A DNA stretch of 63,376 bases, the filler included, from a bacterium (GTDB lineage: Bacteria; JACRDZ01; JAQUKH01), in assembly GCA_028719205.1 (NCBI GenBank). It is 4 parts of 4 records of this genome, joined end to end, with 100 filler letters (N's around TTAATTAATTAA, not from the genome) between each part and the next. Parts side by side here need not be neighbours in the genome. Positions count along the whole stretch, not along the records: positions 1 to 16,918 come from JAQUKH010000044.1; 3 more parts are not named here. One strand, given 5' to 3'. The position numbers and the translations under genes are program-made. Shown here one piece after another: positions 1-8,869 of the stretch. The notes under the pieces were generated by a model. It ran no database searches and had not been told where the DNA came from. It saw only the letters and a list, made by a program, of their open reading frames with translations. How positions within the stretch are numbered: the stretch's first letter is position 1; the number at the start of each line of letters is the position of its first letter.

Positions 1-1138
1 TCGTACTGAGACCGATGAAACCAATAATGCTTTGACAGGAAATGCGATCGATATAGTATCAGGTATTGATGCTATTATGACTGCTGTAAGCGCCCCGGCA
101 TCAGGCGCTACGGGAACATCTATCTCTTTAAACTCAACAGTTAAAAATCAAGGCGTAGTAAATATGTCTGCTTCTTATATCGGGCTGTATATATCAACGG
201 ATTCAACCATCACAACATCGGATACCCGGTTAGGTACAGCATATATTGCAAGCCTTGCTGCGGGCGCATCAAGATATTCGACAACATCTGTAGCAATATC
301 TTCAACGTTGGCCCCAGGCCAATATTATATCGGGGCAATAGCTGATTACAGTAATGTAATTAAAGAATCTGATGAAACTAATAATGTTCTGGTTGGGAAT
401 CCAATTAATATAACTCCAGGTGCTGATGTTATCATATCAGCTGTAAGCGGCCCATTATCCGGCGCTACAGGAACATCTATATCTATAACTTCAACTGTTA
501 AAAATCAAGGTGTCGGAGCTATATCAACTTCTACTGCCGGGATATATATATCAACAGATTCAACCATCACAACATCAGATACCCGGTTAGGCACAGCAGC
601 TATTGCAAGCCTTGCCGCGGGCGCGTCAGGTTATGCGACAACATCTGTAGCAATATCTTCAACTTTGGCTCCGGGACAATATTATATCGGAGCCATAGCT
701 GATTACAATAATGCTAGAAAAGAATCTGATGAAACTAATAATGCTTTGGTTGGGAACATAATCGATATAACACCAGGTGCTGATGCTATCATAACAGCCG
801 TAAGCGGCCCATTATCCGGTATTACAGGGGCATCGATATCTATAACTTCCACAGTTAAAAATCAAGGCATTGGCACTATATCAACTTCAACTGCCGGGAT
901 ATATATATCAACAGATGCAAATATCACAACATCAGATACCCGGTTAGGTACAGCAGCTATTGCAAGCCTTGCCGCGGGCGCGTCAAGTACAGTGACAAAA
1001 TCTTTCGCAATATCTTCAACGTTGGCTCCGGGCCAATATTATATCGGAGCTATAGCTGATTACAATAATGCTAGAAAAGAATCTGATGAAACTAATAATG
1101 CTTTAGTTGGGAATACTATTGATTTAACTAAACCTTAA
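1..1138 (+). CDS. CARDB-repeat extracellular protein, 5'-truncated by window edge
   Basis: Frame is open from position 2 (RTETDETNNALTGN...). Three 119-aa repeats with TVKNQG...GQYYIGAIADY..ESDETNN, the CARDB signature. Confidence 0.85.
   Translation, partial: RTETDETNNALTGNAIDIVSGIDAIMTAVSAPASGATGTSISLNSTVKNQGVVNMSASYIGLYISTDSTITTSDTRLGTAYIASLAAGASRYSTTSVAISSTLAPGQYYIGAIADYSNVIKESDETNNVLVGNPINITPGADVIISAVSGPLSGATGTSISITSTVKNQGVGAISTSTAGIYISTDSTITTSDTRLGTAAIASLAAGASGYATTSVAISSTLAPGQYYIGAIADYNNARKESDETNNALVGNIIDITPGADAIITAVSGPLSGITGASISITSTVKNQGIGTISTSTAGIYISTDANITTSDTRLGTAAIASLAAGASSTVTKSFAISSTLAPGQYYIGAIADYNNARKESDETNNALVGNTIDLTKP
60..1130 (+). repeat. 357-bp intragenic tandem repeats encoding CARDB domains
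   Basis: GTTAAAAATCAAGG recurs at 140, 497 and 854 (period 357). Confidence 0.9.
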
Positions 1139-1152
1139 ATACAGTGATATCT

Positions 1153-1184
1153 AAAGCCCTCCCATAACAAGGAGGGCTTTTTTT
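1153..1184 (+). terminator. Rho-independent terminator
   Basis: AAAGCCCTCC-N8-GGAGGGCTTT followed by T-run. Confidence 0.85.
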
Positions 1185-1212
1185 GTTGTATAAGCAATAC
1201 TAAATAAAATAT

Positions 1213-1242
1213 TTTACAAATTAAATTTATTTTTGATAGAAT
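1213..1242 (+). promoter_or_regulatory. sigma70 promoter of miaA (probably leaderless)
   Basis: TTTACA-N18-TAGAAT with extended TGn; ATG 7 nt downstream, no SD. Confidence 0.5.
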
Positions 1243-1249
1243 TCAATAA

Positions 1250-2803
1250 ATGAATTTACAAAAAAACGATCAAAAGATCCCTCTTTTAATTCTTTTAGGC
1301 CCAACTGCAGTTGGAAAAACTGAATTGGCGGTCAGATTAGCCAAAGAGCTAAAAACTGAAATTATTTCAGCGGATTCGCGCCAGTTTTATAAGTATATGG
1401 ATATCGGGACCGCTAAACCTTCGAAGGAAGAACAAAAAGAGGTCAGGCATCATTTAATTGATATTGTTTTGCCGGATGTAAAATTCAGCGTTGCTGATTA
1501 TAAAAGGGAAACAGAAAAGGTGATTTTGGATTTGCACGCTCAGGGTAAAATTCCATTTATGTCCGGCGGCAGCGGGCTTTATATCCGTTCAGTGGTTGAC
1601 GGCCTTTTCCAAAGCCCTGACCCGGATCTTGATTTCAGAAAAAAAATGGAAGAAGAAGCGCTGGAAAAAGGGAATTTATATCTTTATGAAAAACTGAAAG
1701 CAGTGGATAAAGAGACTGCTGACAGGCTTCATATGAATGATATTTTCAGGATCACAAGGGCGCTGGAGGTTTTTGAGAAAACCGGCCTGCCTATTTCTAA
1801 ACTGCAAAAAGAGAAAACAGAGAAATTGGATTATAGAGTTTTAATGATCGGCTTAAACAGGGAAAGAAGCGAACTTTATACTTTTATTGAAAAACGGGTT
1901 GATAAAATGATAGAATCAGGTTTAGTTAAGGAAGTGGAAAATTTGCTGGAACAGGGTTATAAAAAAGATTTAATTTCAATGCAGGGGCTTGGTTATAAAG
2001 AAATTATCGGGTTTTTGGAAAAAGAATATTCCTTTGAACGTGCAGTTTATCTTTTGAAGAGGGATACCCGGAGGTTTGCTAAAAGACAAATGACATGGTT
2101 TCGGAAGGATAAACGAATTAACTGGTTTGACCTGCCTGATAAAAATATTATGGAAAAAACAATGGAACTCGTTCAAAATACATTTATTTGCTTATTATTT
2201 TTACTTATATTTTGTCTAAATTCAAACGCTGAAGATAAAATATCTAATAGGGCTGATCCTGTTTTGCAGAATAATATTGTGAAACGTGAGGAAAAGAGGA
2301 AAAAGGTTTTGACTGAATATCAAAAAATAGAATCTTCGGAAGAGGTAACCAGGGCCGAACTTGCGTCTGTCTTTGCGGTAGAATTGGACCTTTCATCTTT
2401 ACAGGAGAAAAGCCAGATCATAGTGGATATCGGCAATCACTGGGCAAAGGATTTTATTAAAGAAATAACAGCTAAAGGGATCATGGAGATTTATTCTAAC
2501 CATAACTTTATTCCTGAACAGAGGATTACACGGGCTGAATTCGCTTACTATATTCAGGAGATAATTATCAGCTTTAAAAATGATTTTACTATCCGCAATA
2601 AATTTTTAAATGTAGATTCTCCGTTTATAGATATTTCTAAAGAACATGTATATTACAATCCTATAATGTTAGCTGTTACGACAGGAATATTACAGGGAAC
2701 GTCTCCTGATGAATTTTCCCCGCAAGGAATTATCAGCGGAAAATCAGCGGTAAATACGATGCAGAGGCTGAGAGAATATTTAGCTCTTGATAATCTAAAA
2801 TAA
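1250..2803 (+). CDS. miaA: tRNA dimethylallyltransferase MiaA fused in frame to signal-peptide-like segment and SLH domains
   Basis: GPTAVGKT, SADSRQFYKYMDIGTAKP, GGSGLY, AKRQMTWFR (MiaA). Then hydrophobic FICLLFLLIFCLNSNA and SLH motifs (DIGNHWAKDFI, ITRAEFA, FIDISKEHVYY). Confidence 0.9.
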   Translation: MNLQKNDQKIPLLILLGPTAVGKTELAVRLAKELKTEIISADSRQFYKYMDIGTAKPSKEEQKEVRHHLIDIVLPDVKFSVADYKRETEKVILDLHAQGKIPFMSGGSGLYIRSVVDGLFQSPDPDLDFRKKMEEEALEKGNLYLYEKLKAVDKETADRLHMNDIFRITRALEVFEKTGLPISKLQKEKTEKLDYRVLMIGLNRERSELYTFIEKRVDKMIESGLVKEVENLLEQGYKKDLISMQGLGYKEIIGFLEKEYSFERAVYLLKRDTRRFAKRQMTWFRKDKRINWFDLPDKNIMEKTMELVQNTFICLLFLLIFCLNSNAEDKISNRADPVLQNNIVKREEKRKKVLTEYQKIESSEEVTRAELASVFAVELDLSSLQEKSQIIVDIGNHWAKDFIKEITAKGIMEIYSNHNFIPEQRITRAEFAYYIQEIIISFKNDFTIRNKFLNVDSPFIDISKEHVYYNPIMLAVTTGILQGTSPDEFSPQGIISGKSAVNTMQRLREYLALDNLK

Positions 2804-2814
2804 AGCCGAGTGTT

Positions 2815-4116
2815 TTATCTTAATATATATTCCCTGCATCTTTCTTCAAATTGATCATAATCAATAAAAAGAGTTGTCAAAATTGCATCTTCAATAGATT
2901 TATTTTCAGATAATTTTTTTAATATATCCAGAAGCGCCTGTTTTGAATATCTTTCTAAAATGAAATTTACAGCCAGATATGACTGTAGATAGGCTATCTC
3001 TACAATCTTAGGGTCAGTAAGATCAGAAAAACTTTTCTCCCTGTCTTTGAGATGAAGCAATTGTTTTCCCTTTAACAATTTTTTAACCGCATGAATATCT
3101 CTTTGATTTATCTCCTCAAGTTGGGCTATTCCTTCATTCAGCCATACAGGGAGCGTTCTGCCGTTGCAGTAGTAATAAAGTATGGCGTGGGTGAGTTCGT
3201 GATAGATGAAATCCTTCAGTTCTTTATCTTTCTGTTCATTTAAGTTTTCGACAGGTATCCTTATTTTTCCATCGTAAATGGCGCCAGCCCATTCCGGATG
3301 TTCAATATCTTTAAACGCTTTCTTCGTGTAAATAATTACAGGTATCTTAAATTCTTTTTTAGAATAATAAGAAAGATCCCTGATTATGCGCCAGTAAGCT
3401 TCTAATAACGTATTTAAAATTATAGAAGTGAATCGAAATTCTGTCTGGTAATCATATTGGATCACAAATATTTCCTGTGATGTTTTTTGAAAAGAATTTT
3501 CTATTCTGGTTTCATTCTCGACTTTTTCTTTAAATTTAAGCAGAGAAGAATTGCCGGGGTCAAGATCAACAGCTGTATTTAATTCTGTTAAAGCCTTTTT
3601 TAAGAGGTTACTGTAATAATACGACCGTCCTAAATATTCATGGGCAAAAATATCTTTATTATCAATTTCGAGCACCCTGCTGAATAGCTCTCCTGCTTTT
3701 ACAAAATTTCCGTTGTTATAGTACATAATTCCCGCGTTTTTTGGGAAAAGTGTATCTCCCGGGTTATATTCCATCGCCTTTAAAAGCATTTCTATCGCGT
3801 CATCCAGTTTATTATCGCGATAAAATTTGTCGGCTTTCTCAGCATAAGAATTGGCTATATTATTATTATTCGGATCAATATTTTTAATTTCAAGCTTCTC
3901 GGGAGGGGTAGTGTTTTCTTTTACTTCAATTATTCTTAAAATATCCGTTTTGGGAAAACACATTTCACCGCCGTACATTTCAAAACAAATTTCATCTTTT
4001 TTAATTTTATAATTTTTTACGCTGGATTCGTTGCCATTTTTTAAATAGATTATATAATCAGCTTTTGCTGAGGGAGTAAAGGAACAGATTAGAAAAAAGG
4101 TAATAAAATATTTCAT
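2815..4116 (-). CDS. Secreted TPR protein with peptidase MA-like zincin domain
   Basis: Signal peptide, TPR repeats, WAGAIYDGKIRIP, HELTH and WLNEGIA. Confidence 0.8.
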   Translation of the reverse strand: MKYFITFFLICSFTPSAKADYIIYLKNGNESSVKNYKIKKDEICFEMYGGEMCFPKTDILRIIEVKENTTPPEKLEIKNIDPNNNNIANSYAEKADKFYRDNKLDDAIEMLLKAMEYNPGDTLFPKNAGIMYYNNGNFVKAGELFSRVLEIDNKDIFAHEYLGRSYYYSNLLKKALTELNTAVDLDPGNSSLLKFKEKVENETRIENSFQKTSQEIFVIQYDYQTEFRFTSIILNTLLEAYWRIIRDLSYYSKKEFKIPVIIYTKKAFKDIEHPEWAGAIYDGKIRIPVENLNEQKDKELKDFIYHELTHAILYYYCNGRTLPVWLNEGIAQLEEINQRDIHAVKKLLKGKQLLHLKDREKSFSDLTDPKIVEIAYLQSYLAVNFILERYSKQALLDILKKLSENKSIEDAILTTLFIDYDQFEERCREYILR

Positions 4117-4137
4117 CTTAATACAATATCGTCACAC

Positions 4138-4166
4138 TTGACAAAAGGTAAAATATAAACTAATAT
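4138..4166 (+). promoter_or_regulatory. sigma70 promoter of rubredoxin operon
   Basis: TTGACA-N17-TAATAT. Confidence 0.5.
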
Positions 4167-4205
4167 CAAAATATGATTTTATTGAAATTAGCGTGAGGTG
4201 ATCCT

Positions 4206-4901
4206 ATGGATGTAAAGGTTTTATATAACATATCTTATGGAATGTATATCGTATCCTCAAATAAGGCGGATGCCTTTAACGCTCAGGTCGCGAATACCGT
4301 GTTCCAGATAACAAATGATCCTGTAACGATCGCAGTAAGCATTAATAAACTAAACTTTACTCACGAATTCATGAAATCCAGCCTTCAGTTCGGAGTGTCA
4401 ATTTTATCAGAAGAAACACCGCTTAATTTTATCGGTAATTTCGGATTCAAATCAGGAAGAGATATAAGCAAATTCAAAGATATTAATTTTAAAATCCTGA
4501 ATTCCGGATGCCCTGTAGTTTTAGATAATGCGATTTCATATCTTGAAGCGAAAGTAATTAATAGCCTTGATTGCGGTACTCATACGCTTTTTCTTGGCAA
4601 GGTTTCAGACAGCGCGGTTTTAAGACCGGGTAAGGTTATGACCTACGAGTATTACCATCAAATTAAACAGGGTGTAACGCCAAAAACGGCGCCGACATTC
4701 ATTAAAGAAGAAATTTCAACAACAATAAAAAGCGAGGTAAAAATGGGAAAATATAAATGTAGTGTTTGCGGATACATATATGACCCTCAAAAAGGCGATC
4801 CTGACGGAGGAATAGCTCCCGGAACACCGTTTGAAAAAATTCCTGATAACTGGGTTTGTCCTGTATGCGGCGCGGATAAAACACAGTTTATCCCCTTATA
4901 A
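4206..4901 (+). CDS. Flavin reductase-rubredoxin fusion (high-molecular-weight rubredoxin, Hrb-like)
   Basis: Flavin reductase domain ([22 protein letters not shown]) plus C-terminal CSVCGYIYD...WVCPVCG. Confidence 0.9.
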   Translation: MDVKVLYNISYGMYIVSSNKADAFNAQVANTVFQITNDPVTIAVSINKLNFTHEFMKSSLQFGVSILSEETPLNFIGNFGFKSGRDISKFKDINFKILNSGCPVVLDNAISYLEAKVINSLDCGTHTLFLGKVSDSAVLRPGKVMTYEYYHQIKQGVTPKTAPTFIKEEISTTIKSEVKMGKYKCSVCGYIYDPQKGDPDGGIAPGTPFEKIPDNWVCPVCGADKTQFIPL

Positions 4902-4924
4902 AAGTTGGATGACAAGGAGGAGTA

Positions 4925-6532
4925 ATGAAGATAAAAAATATTTTGGTATTACTATTGCTGAGTTTTTGCTGTTTATCTTTTGTCTTTGGCGAGGATGAAG
5001 GAAAGCGTATTTTTGAAGAAAAATGTGATAAATGCCACTCGCTGGACCGCGCGTTAAGTTTAACAAAAGATGAATCCGCCTGGAGAAGAACTGTGGAAAG
5101 AATGGCAAAAAAAATAGAAGGGATAATATCAGGCGAAGATGTTGAAAAGATTACAAAATATTTAGCCGGCAGAGAAACAATTAAACAAGAAATAAAACAG
5201 GATAATAAAAATGATACACAGGAAAAAATCGCTGAATATGAAGGAGAAGATACTTATAAAAAAGTCAAAGTTAACCAGTTTATAAAACCGGATGTATGCG
5301 GAGGCTGCCATGAAGAGATATATAAACAATGGAAAGGATCGATGCACAGCAAGGCTTTTATTGACCCTATATGGAGGGCCTCGACCAAATTATTTTATTC
5401 CCAGTCTACTACTAAAGGGCAAATCCTTGAAATGAGAGCATGTGTAAAATGCCATACTCCGTTAGGTTTCCGTTCTTATCTTATCCAGTCGCCTAAAGAG
5501 GATTATGAAAAACTGGAAGAACTTCCGGCGCAGGGGATTTTCTGTAACTGGTGCCATAATATAAATGAAGTTAAGCATATTGGTGACTCGCATTATGATG
5601 TTGAAGCCGGAGGAGGAGAAAATGACCCATCTATAATGCTTGGGCCGCGCAGTGACGCGAATTCAGATTTTCATCCTACAAAATATTCTGAATTGTTCAC
5701 AAAATCTGAATTCTGCGGTTTATGCCATAATGTATCCCACGCGGGTAATAAAATGCCTATTGAACAGACATATAGTGAATGGGAAAAAAGTCCGTATAAT
5801 ACTAATGACCCAAAAACAACAGTAGTATGTCAGGATTGCCATATGAGGCAAAGGCCGGGGGTTCCAGCCACAGGAAAAACTGTTAGGCCTGATAATCCGG
5901 GGAAGTCAGCTATTGACGGCCCGCAAAGGGACCATATCTGGACGCATTATATCGTCGGCGGGAATTCAATAGTACCGAAAGTTCTGGGAAGCGACATTCA
6001 TTCATCAATGGCAATTGAAAGATTGACAAACGCGGCTGACCTTGAAATAATAAGGAACGGAGATTATAAAAAAGGCAAATTGGGAAGAGTTGATGTCAAG
6101 GTCATAAATTCAGGAGCGGGGCATTATCTCCCGACAGGATTGACTGAAGTAAGGCAGATATGGCTTAATGTTACAATAACAGATAAAGATGGAAATGTTT
6201 TATTGAGTTCAGGAAAACTTGATTTAACAGGCGAGATCGAAAAAAATTCAATTATTTTCCATACTGATCTGGGTAATGAAAAAAATGAACATGCTGTAAA
6301 CGTGGCGTTGGCTGATAAAATCCTTTATGACCATAGAATACCGCCAAAAGGATATCAGCTTGAGGAATATAGTTTTTTGATTCCTCAGGAAACAGTATCG
6401 CCGTTAAAAGTGGATGTTGTTTTGAGATACCGGAGCGCGTCTCCGGAAATCGCAAGATTACTTCTGGGAGATAAAGCTCCGGAAATACCGGTTATTGATA
6501 TGGTTTCATTAAGTGAAAAAATAGAGTTCTAA
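4925..6532 (+). CDS. Exported multiheme c-type cytochrome (6 CxxCH, c554/c552-like)
   Basis: Signal peptide; CDKCH, CGGCH, CVKCH, CNWCH, CGLCH, CQDCH; GAGHYLPTG and DHRIPP motifs. Confidence 0.9.
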   Translation: MKIKNILVLLLLSFCCLSFVFGEDEGKRIFEEKCDKCHSLDRALSLTKDESAWRRTVERMAKKIEGIISGEDVEKITKYLAGRETIKQEIKQDNKNDTQEKIAEYEGEDTYKKVKVNQFIKPDVCGGCHEEIYKQWKGSMHSKAFIDPIWRASTKLFYSQSTTKGQILEMRACVKCHTPLGFRSYLIQSPKEDYEKLEELPAQGIFCNWCHNINEVKHIGDSHYDVEAGGGENDPSIMLGPRSDANSDFHPTKYSELFTKSEFCGLCHNVSHAGNKMPIEQTYSEWEKSPYNTNDPKTTVVCQDCHMRQRPGVPATGKTVRPDNPGKSAIDGPQRDHIWTHYIVGGNSIVPKVLGSDIHSSMAIERLTNAADLEIIRNGDYKKGKLGRVDVKVINSGAGHYLPTGLTEVRQIWLNVTITDKDGNVLLSSGKLDLTGEIEKNSIIFHTDLGNEKNEHAVNVALADKILYDHRIPPKGYQLEEYSFLIPQETVSPLKVDVVLRYRSASPEIARLLLGDKAPEIPVIDMVSLSEKIEF

Positions 6533-6549
6533 TGGAGAAAGGAATAAAT

Positions 6550-7122
6550 ATGAAATTAAAAGGAAGCAAGACAGAAAAAAATCTTTTGGCTTCTTTTGCC
6601 GGAGAATCGCAAGCCAGGAACAGATATACATATTTCGCGAGCGCGGCTAGAAAAGAAGGGTATGAGCAGATATCGGCAATATTTTTAGAAACTGCCGAAA
6701 ATGAGAAAGAGCACGCGAAAAAATTTTTTAAGTTTCTGGAGGGAGGGGAAGTTGAAATAACGGCTTCTTATCCGGCGGGTATTATAGGGAAAACAATAGA
6801 TAATCTAAAAGCCGCGGCGGATGGTGAACATATGGAATGGACAAAACTTTATAAAGAAGCCGAAAAGGAAGCGCGTAATGAAGGTTTTATTGAAATCGCG
6901 AAAGTATTTAAGGAAATAGGCGAAGTTGAAAACCATCATGAAATTCGCTACAGGAAACTGTTTGAAAATATAAAAAACGATAAAGTTTTCAAAAAAGATA
7001 CAGTGGTTAAGTGGAAATGCCGCAATTGCGGTTATATCGATGAAGGTAAGGAAGCACCTGATGAATGCCCGGCTTGTTCACATCCACAGGCGTATTATGA
7101 AGTATTTTGTGAAAATTATTAA
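6550..7122 (+). CDS. rbr: Rubrerythrin
   Basis: FAGESQARNRY, ENEKEHA, EHME, ENHHE, CRNCGY...CPACSH; start at 6550 preferred (SD-like AAAGGA); alternative ATG 6532. Confidence 0.95.
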   Translation: MKLKGSKTEKNLLASFAGESQARNRYTYFASAARKEGYEQISAIFLETAENEKEHAKKFFKFLEGGEVEITASYPAGIIGKTIDNLKAAADGEHMEWTKLYKEAEKEARNEGFIEIAKVFKEIGEVENHHEIRYRKLFENIKNDKVFKKDTVVKWKCRNCGYIDEGKEAPDECPACSHPQAYYEVFCENY

Positions 7123-7146
7123 ACAATAGTAAATTGGAGGTAATTA

Positions 7147-7674
7147 ATGAAAAAAAACGCTTTATTTATTGTTATTTTATTGTTTTGCCTGAGTTTGTCT
7201 GTTTTTGCGGAAGGCAAACCCAAAATAGCAATTATAATTCTGGAAGAAAATGTGGATAAAAAATCTACAACTGTGACTGAAACTAAATTAAAAGGTGTTT
7301 TTGAGAAAAAAGGATTTAATGTGGTCGAATCAGTTTTTAAAGAGGTTCTTTCTGCGAAAAATTATCCAAGTGATGATGAAAAAATCAAAGCCCTGATAAA
7401 AAATCTTAACGCTGAGATAGTGGTTATCGGAAGGGCGGTTGTAATAAAGGCAGGGGATAAAAATAATAAAGTGATATATTCCGCGGATATAAGCGTGAAC
7501 GCGTTTAAAACAGATGATATGCAAGTCCTTGGTGCATCCAAGAATCAGGCTGTTAGTACGAATGCGGACCCATTGGCCGGCGGCCCTGAGGCATTGGAAA
7601 AGGCGTCTTCAGAACTGGCTGAGAATTTAGCAAATCAGGTCCTTAAAAAATGGGCTTCAAAAATCCAAAATTGA
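7147..7674 (+). CDS. Secreted hypothetical protein (possible CsgG/FlgT-middle-like alpha/beta domain)
   Basis: GGAGGT SD, signal peptide, KPKIAIIILEE...AEIVVIGRA pattern. Confidence 0.6.
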   Translation: MKKNALFIVILLFCLSLSVFAEGKPKIAIIILEENVDKKSTTVTETKLKGVFEKKGFNVVESVFKEVLSAKNYPSDDEKIKALIKNLNAEIVVIGRAVVIKAGDKNNKVIYSADISVNAFKTDDMQVLGASKNQAVSTNADPLAGGPEALEKASSELAENLANQVLKKWASKIQN

Positions 7675-7726
7675 AAATTAAAATTTACTTATGTTAGTTT
7701 GGAAATCTGTCGATATAAACTCTTGT

Positions 7727-8590
7727 ATGGAAAAGATACTTTTTGTTTTATTGATATTGATATCCGCAAATTCCGCTTTGGCAAAATCAGATTTCATATG
7801 GTCAAAATCAGAGCTTGTTAAAGATAAAGTAATAGCTGGATTGTATGATGAGAATTGGTCTGTCAGGTTGAAATCCGCGTTAGTTTTAGGAAAAAGCAAG
7901 AATATTAATGCAGTCAGGCCGCTGGTTCAAACTTTAAGTGATGATAACATTTATGTCCGTGAATATGCCGCAAAGGCCTTAATTCAGATAGGAAAACCCT
8001 CTTTTGATCTACTGACCATTTCTATAAAAGATGTAGATTGGTTTGTCAGGCAGGAGTCGGCTTATGCCTTAAGTGAAATAGACGGGGTTAGAGCGGTTAG
8101 TTTTTTGGTGGAGGCCCTCAGGGATGAGGATTCTCGTGTTACAGATGAGGTCAAAAAAGCCCTGATCAAAATAGGCAAACCGGCTGTAGACCGGGTTATG
8201 GTTCTGCTTAATGATCCGAATGGTGATGCCCAAAGAAACGCCGGATATGTTTTATCAAAAATCGGTAAACCTGCAGTAGAGCCGCTTATAAAAACTTTAA
8301 AGAACTCAAATTGTTATGTTGTTGTTGAAGCTATATGGTCATTAGGTGAAATTGGAGACAACCGTTCCGTAGATCCGCTTGTTCGTCTCCTGAAAAATGA
8401 AAATAATTTGGTTCGTTGGGAGGCTATATCCGCTTTAGGCAAGATAGGAGACGATAAAATAGTTAAATTTATTAAACCTCTGCTTAATGATCAAGATAAT
8501 AATATACGGACAATAGCAAAGGAAGTTATGGAAAGATTGAAGAATAATACTGAAAAAAAAGTATCAATGACGGCGTCCAAATATTTGTAA
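7727..8590 (+). CDS. HEAT/PBS-lyase repeat protein, probably exported
   Basis: Repeated VR..AA.AL..IG..AV..L motifs; N-terminal signal peptide from ATG 7727. Confidence 0.85.
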   Translation: MEKILFVLLILISANSALAKSDFIWSKSELVKDKVIAGLYDENWSVRLKSALVLGKSKNINAVRPLVQTLSDDNIYVREYAAKALIQIGKPSFDLLTISIKDVDWFVRQESAYALSEIDGVRAVSFLVEALRDEDSRVTDEVKKALIKIGKPAVDRVMVLLNDPNGDAQRNAGYVLSKIGKPAVEPLIKTLKNSNCYVVVEAIWSLGEIGDNRSVDPLVRLLKNENNLVRWEAISALGKIGDDKIVKFIKPLLNDQDNNIRTIAKEVMERLKNNTEKKVSMTASKYL

Positions 8591-8617
8591 TTATTTTTTA
8601 TCAAAAATTAATGATTT

Positions 8618-8648
8618 AAACCTTCGCTTGAAAAACGAAGGTTTTTTT
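8618..8648 (+). terminator. Rho-independent terminator
   Basis: AAACCTTCG-N9-CGAAGGTTT plus T-run. Confidence 0.8.
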
Positions 8649-8693
8649 ATAATATTAATTTTAATAACTTCAGGAATTATTGTAAGTTCCGAT

Positions 8694-8796
8694 ATAAACT
8701 TTAGTTAAACGGAAGGTTCCGGCTGAAAGCCGGGTTCTTCCGCTTTTACTAAATGTTATCCTCGGAGGGGATAAACTTTAGTTAAACGGAAGGTTC
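8694..8796. repeat. 26-bp direct repeat enclosing nested hairpins (MITE-like element or sRNA)
   Basis: ATAAACTTTAGTTAAACGGAAGGTTC at 8694-8719 and 8771-8796; long stem TTTAGT/ACTAAA, CGGAAG/CTTCCG, CCGGCT/AGCCGG. Confidence 0.8.
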
Positions 8797-8799
8797 GGC

Positions 8800-8828
8800 T
8801 TGACTATTTTAGATAAAATGCGTATAAT
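8800..8828 (+). promoter_or_regulatory. sigma70 promoter
   Basis: TTGACT-N17-TATAAT; AGGAGGAGGT SD before TTG 8870. Confidence 0.75.
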
Positions 8829-8869
8829 ATATTAATAATGTTGTCCTAATTTTTAGGAGGAGGTAACGT

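Noticed and set aside
8694-8796. Possible CRISPR array (26-bp repeat, 51-bp spacer)
   Set aside because: Only two copies, the spacer base-pairs with the repeat, and there are no cas genes.
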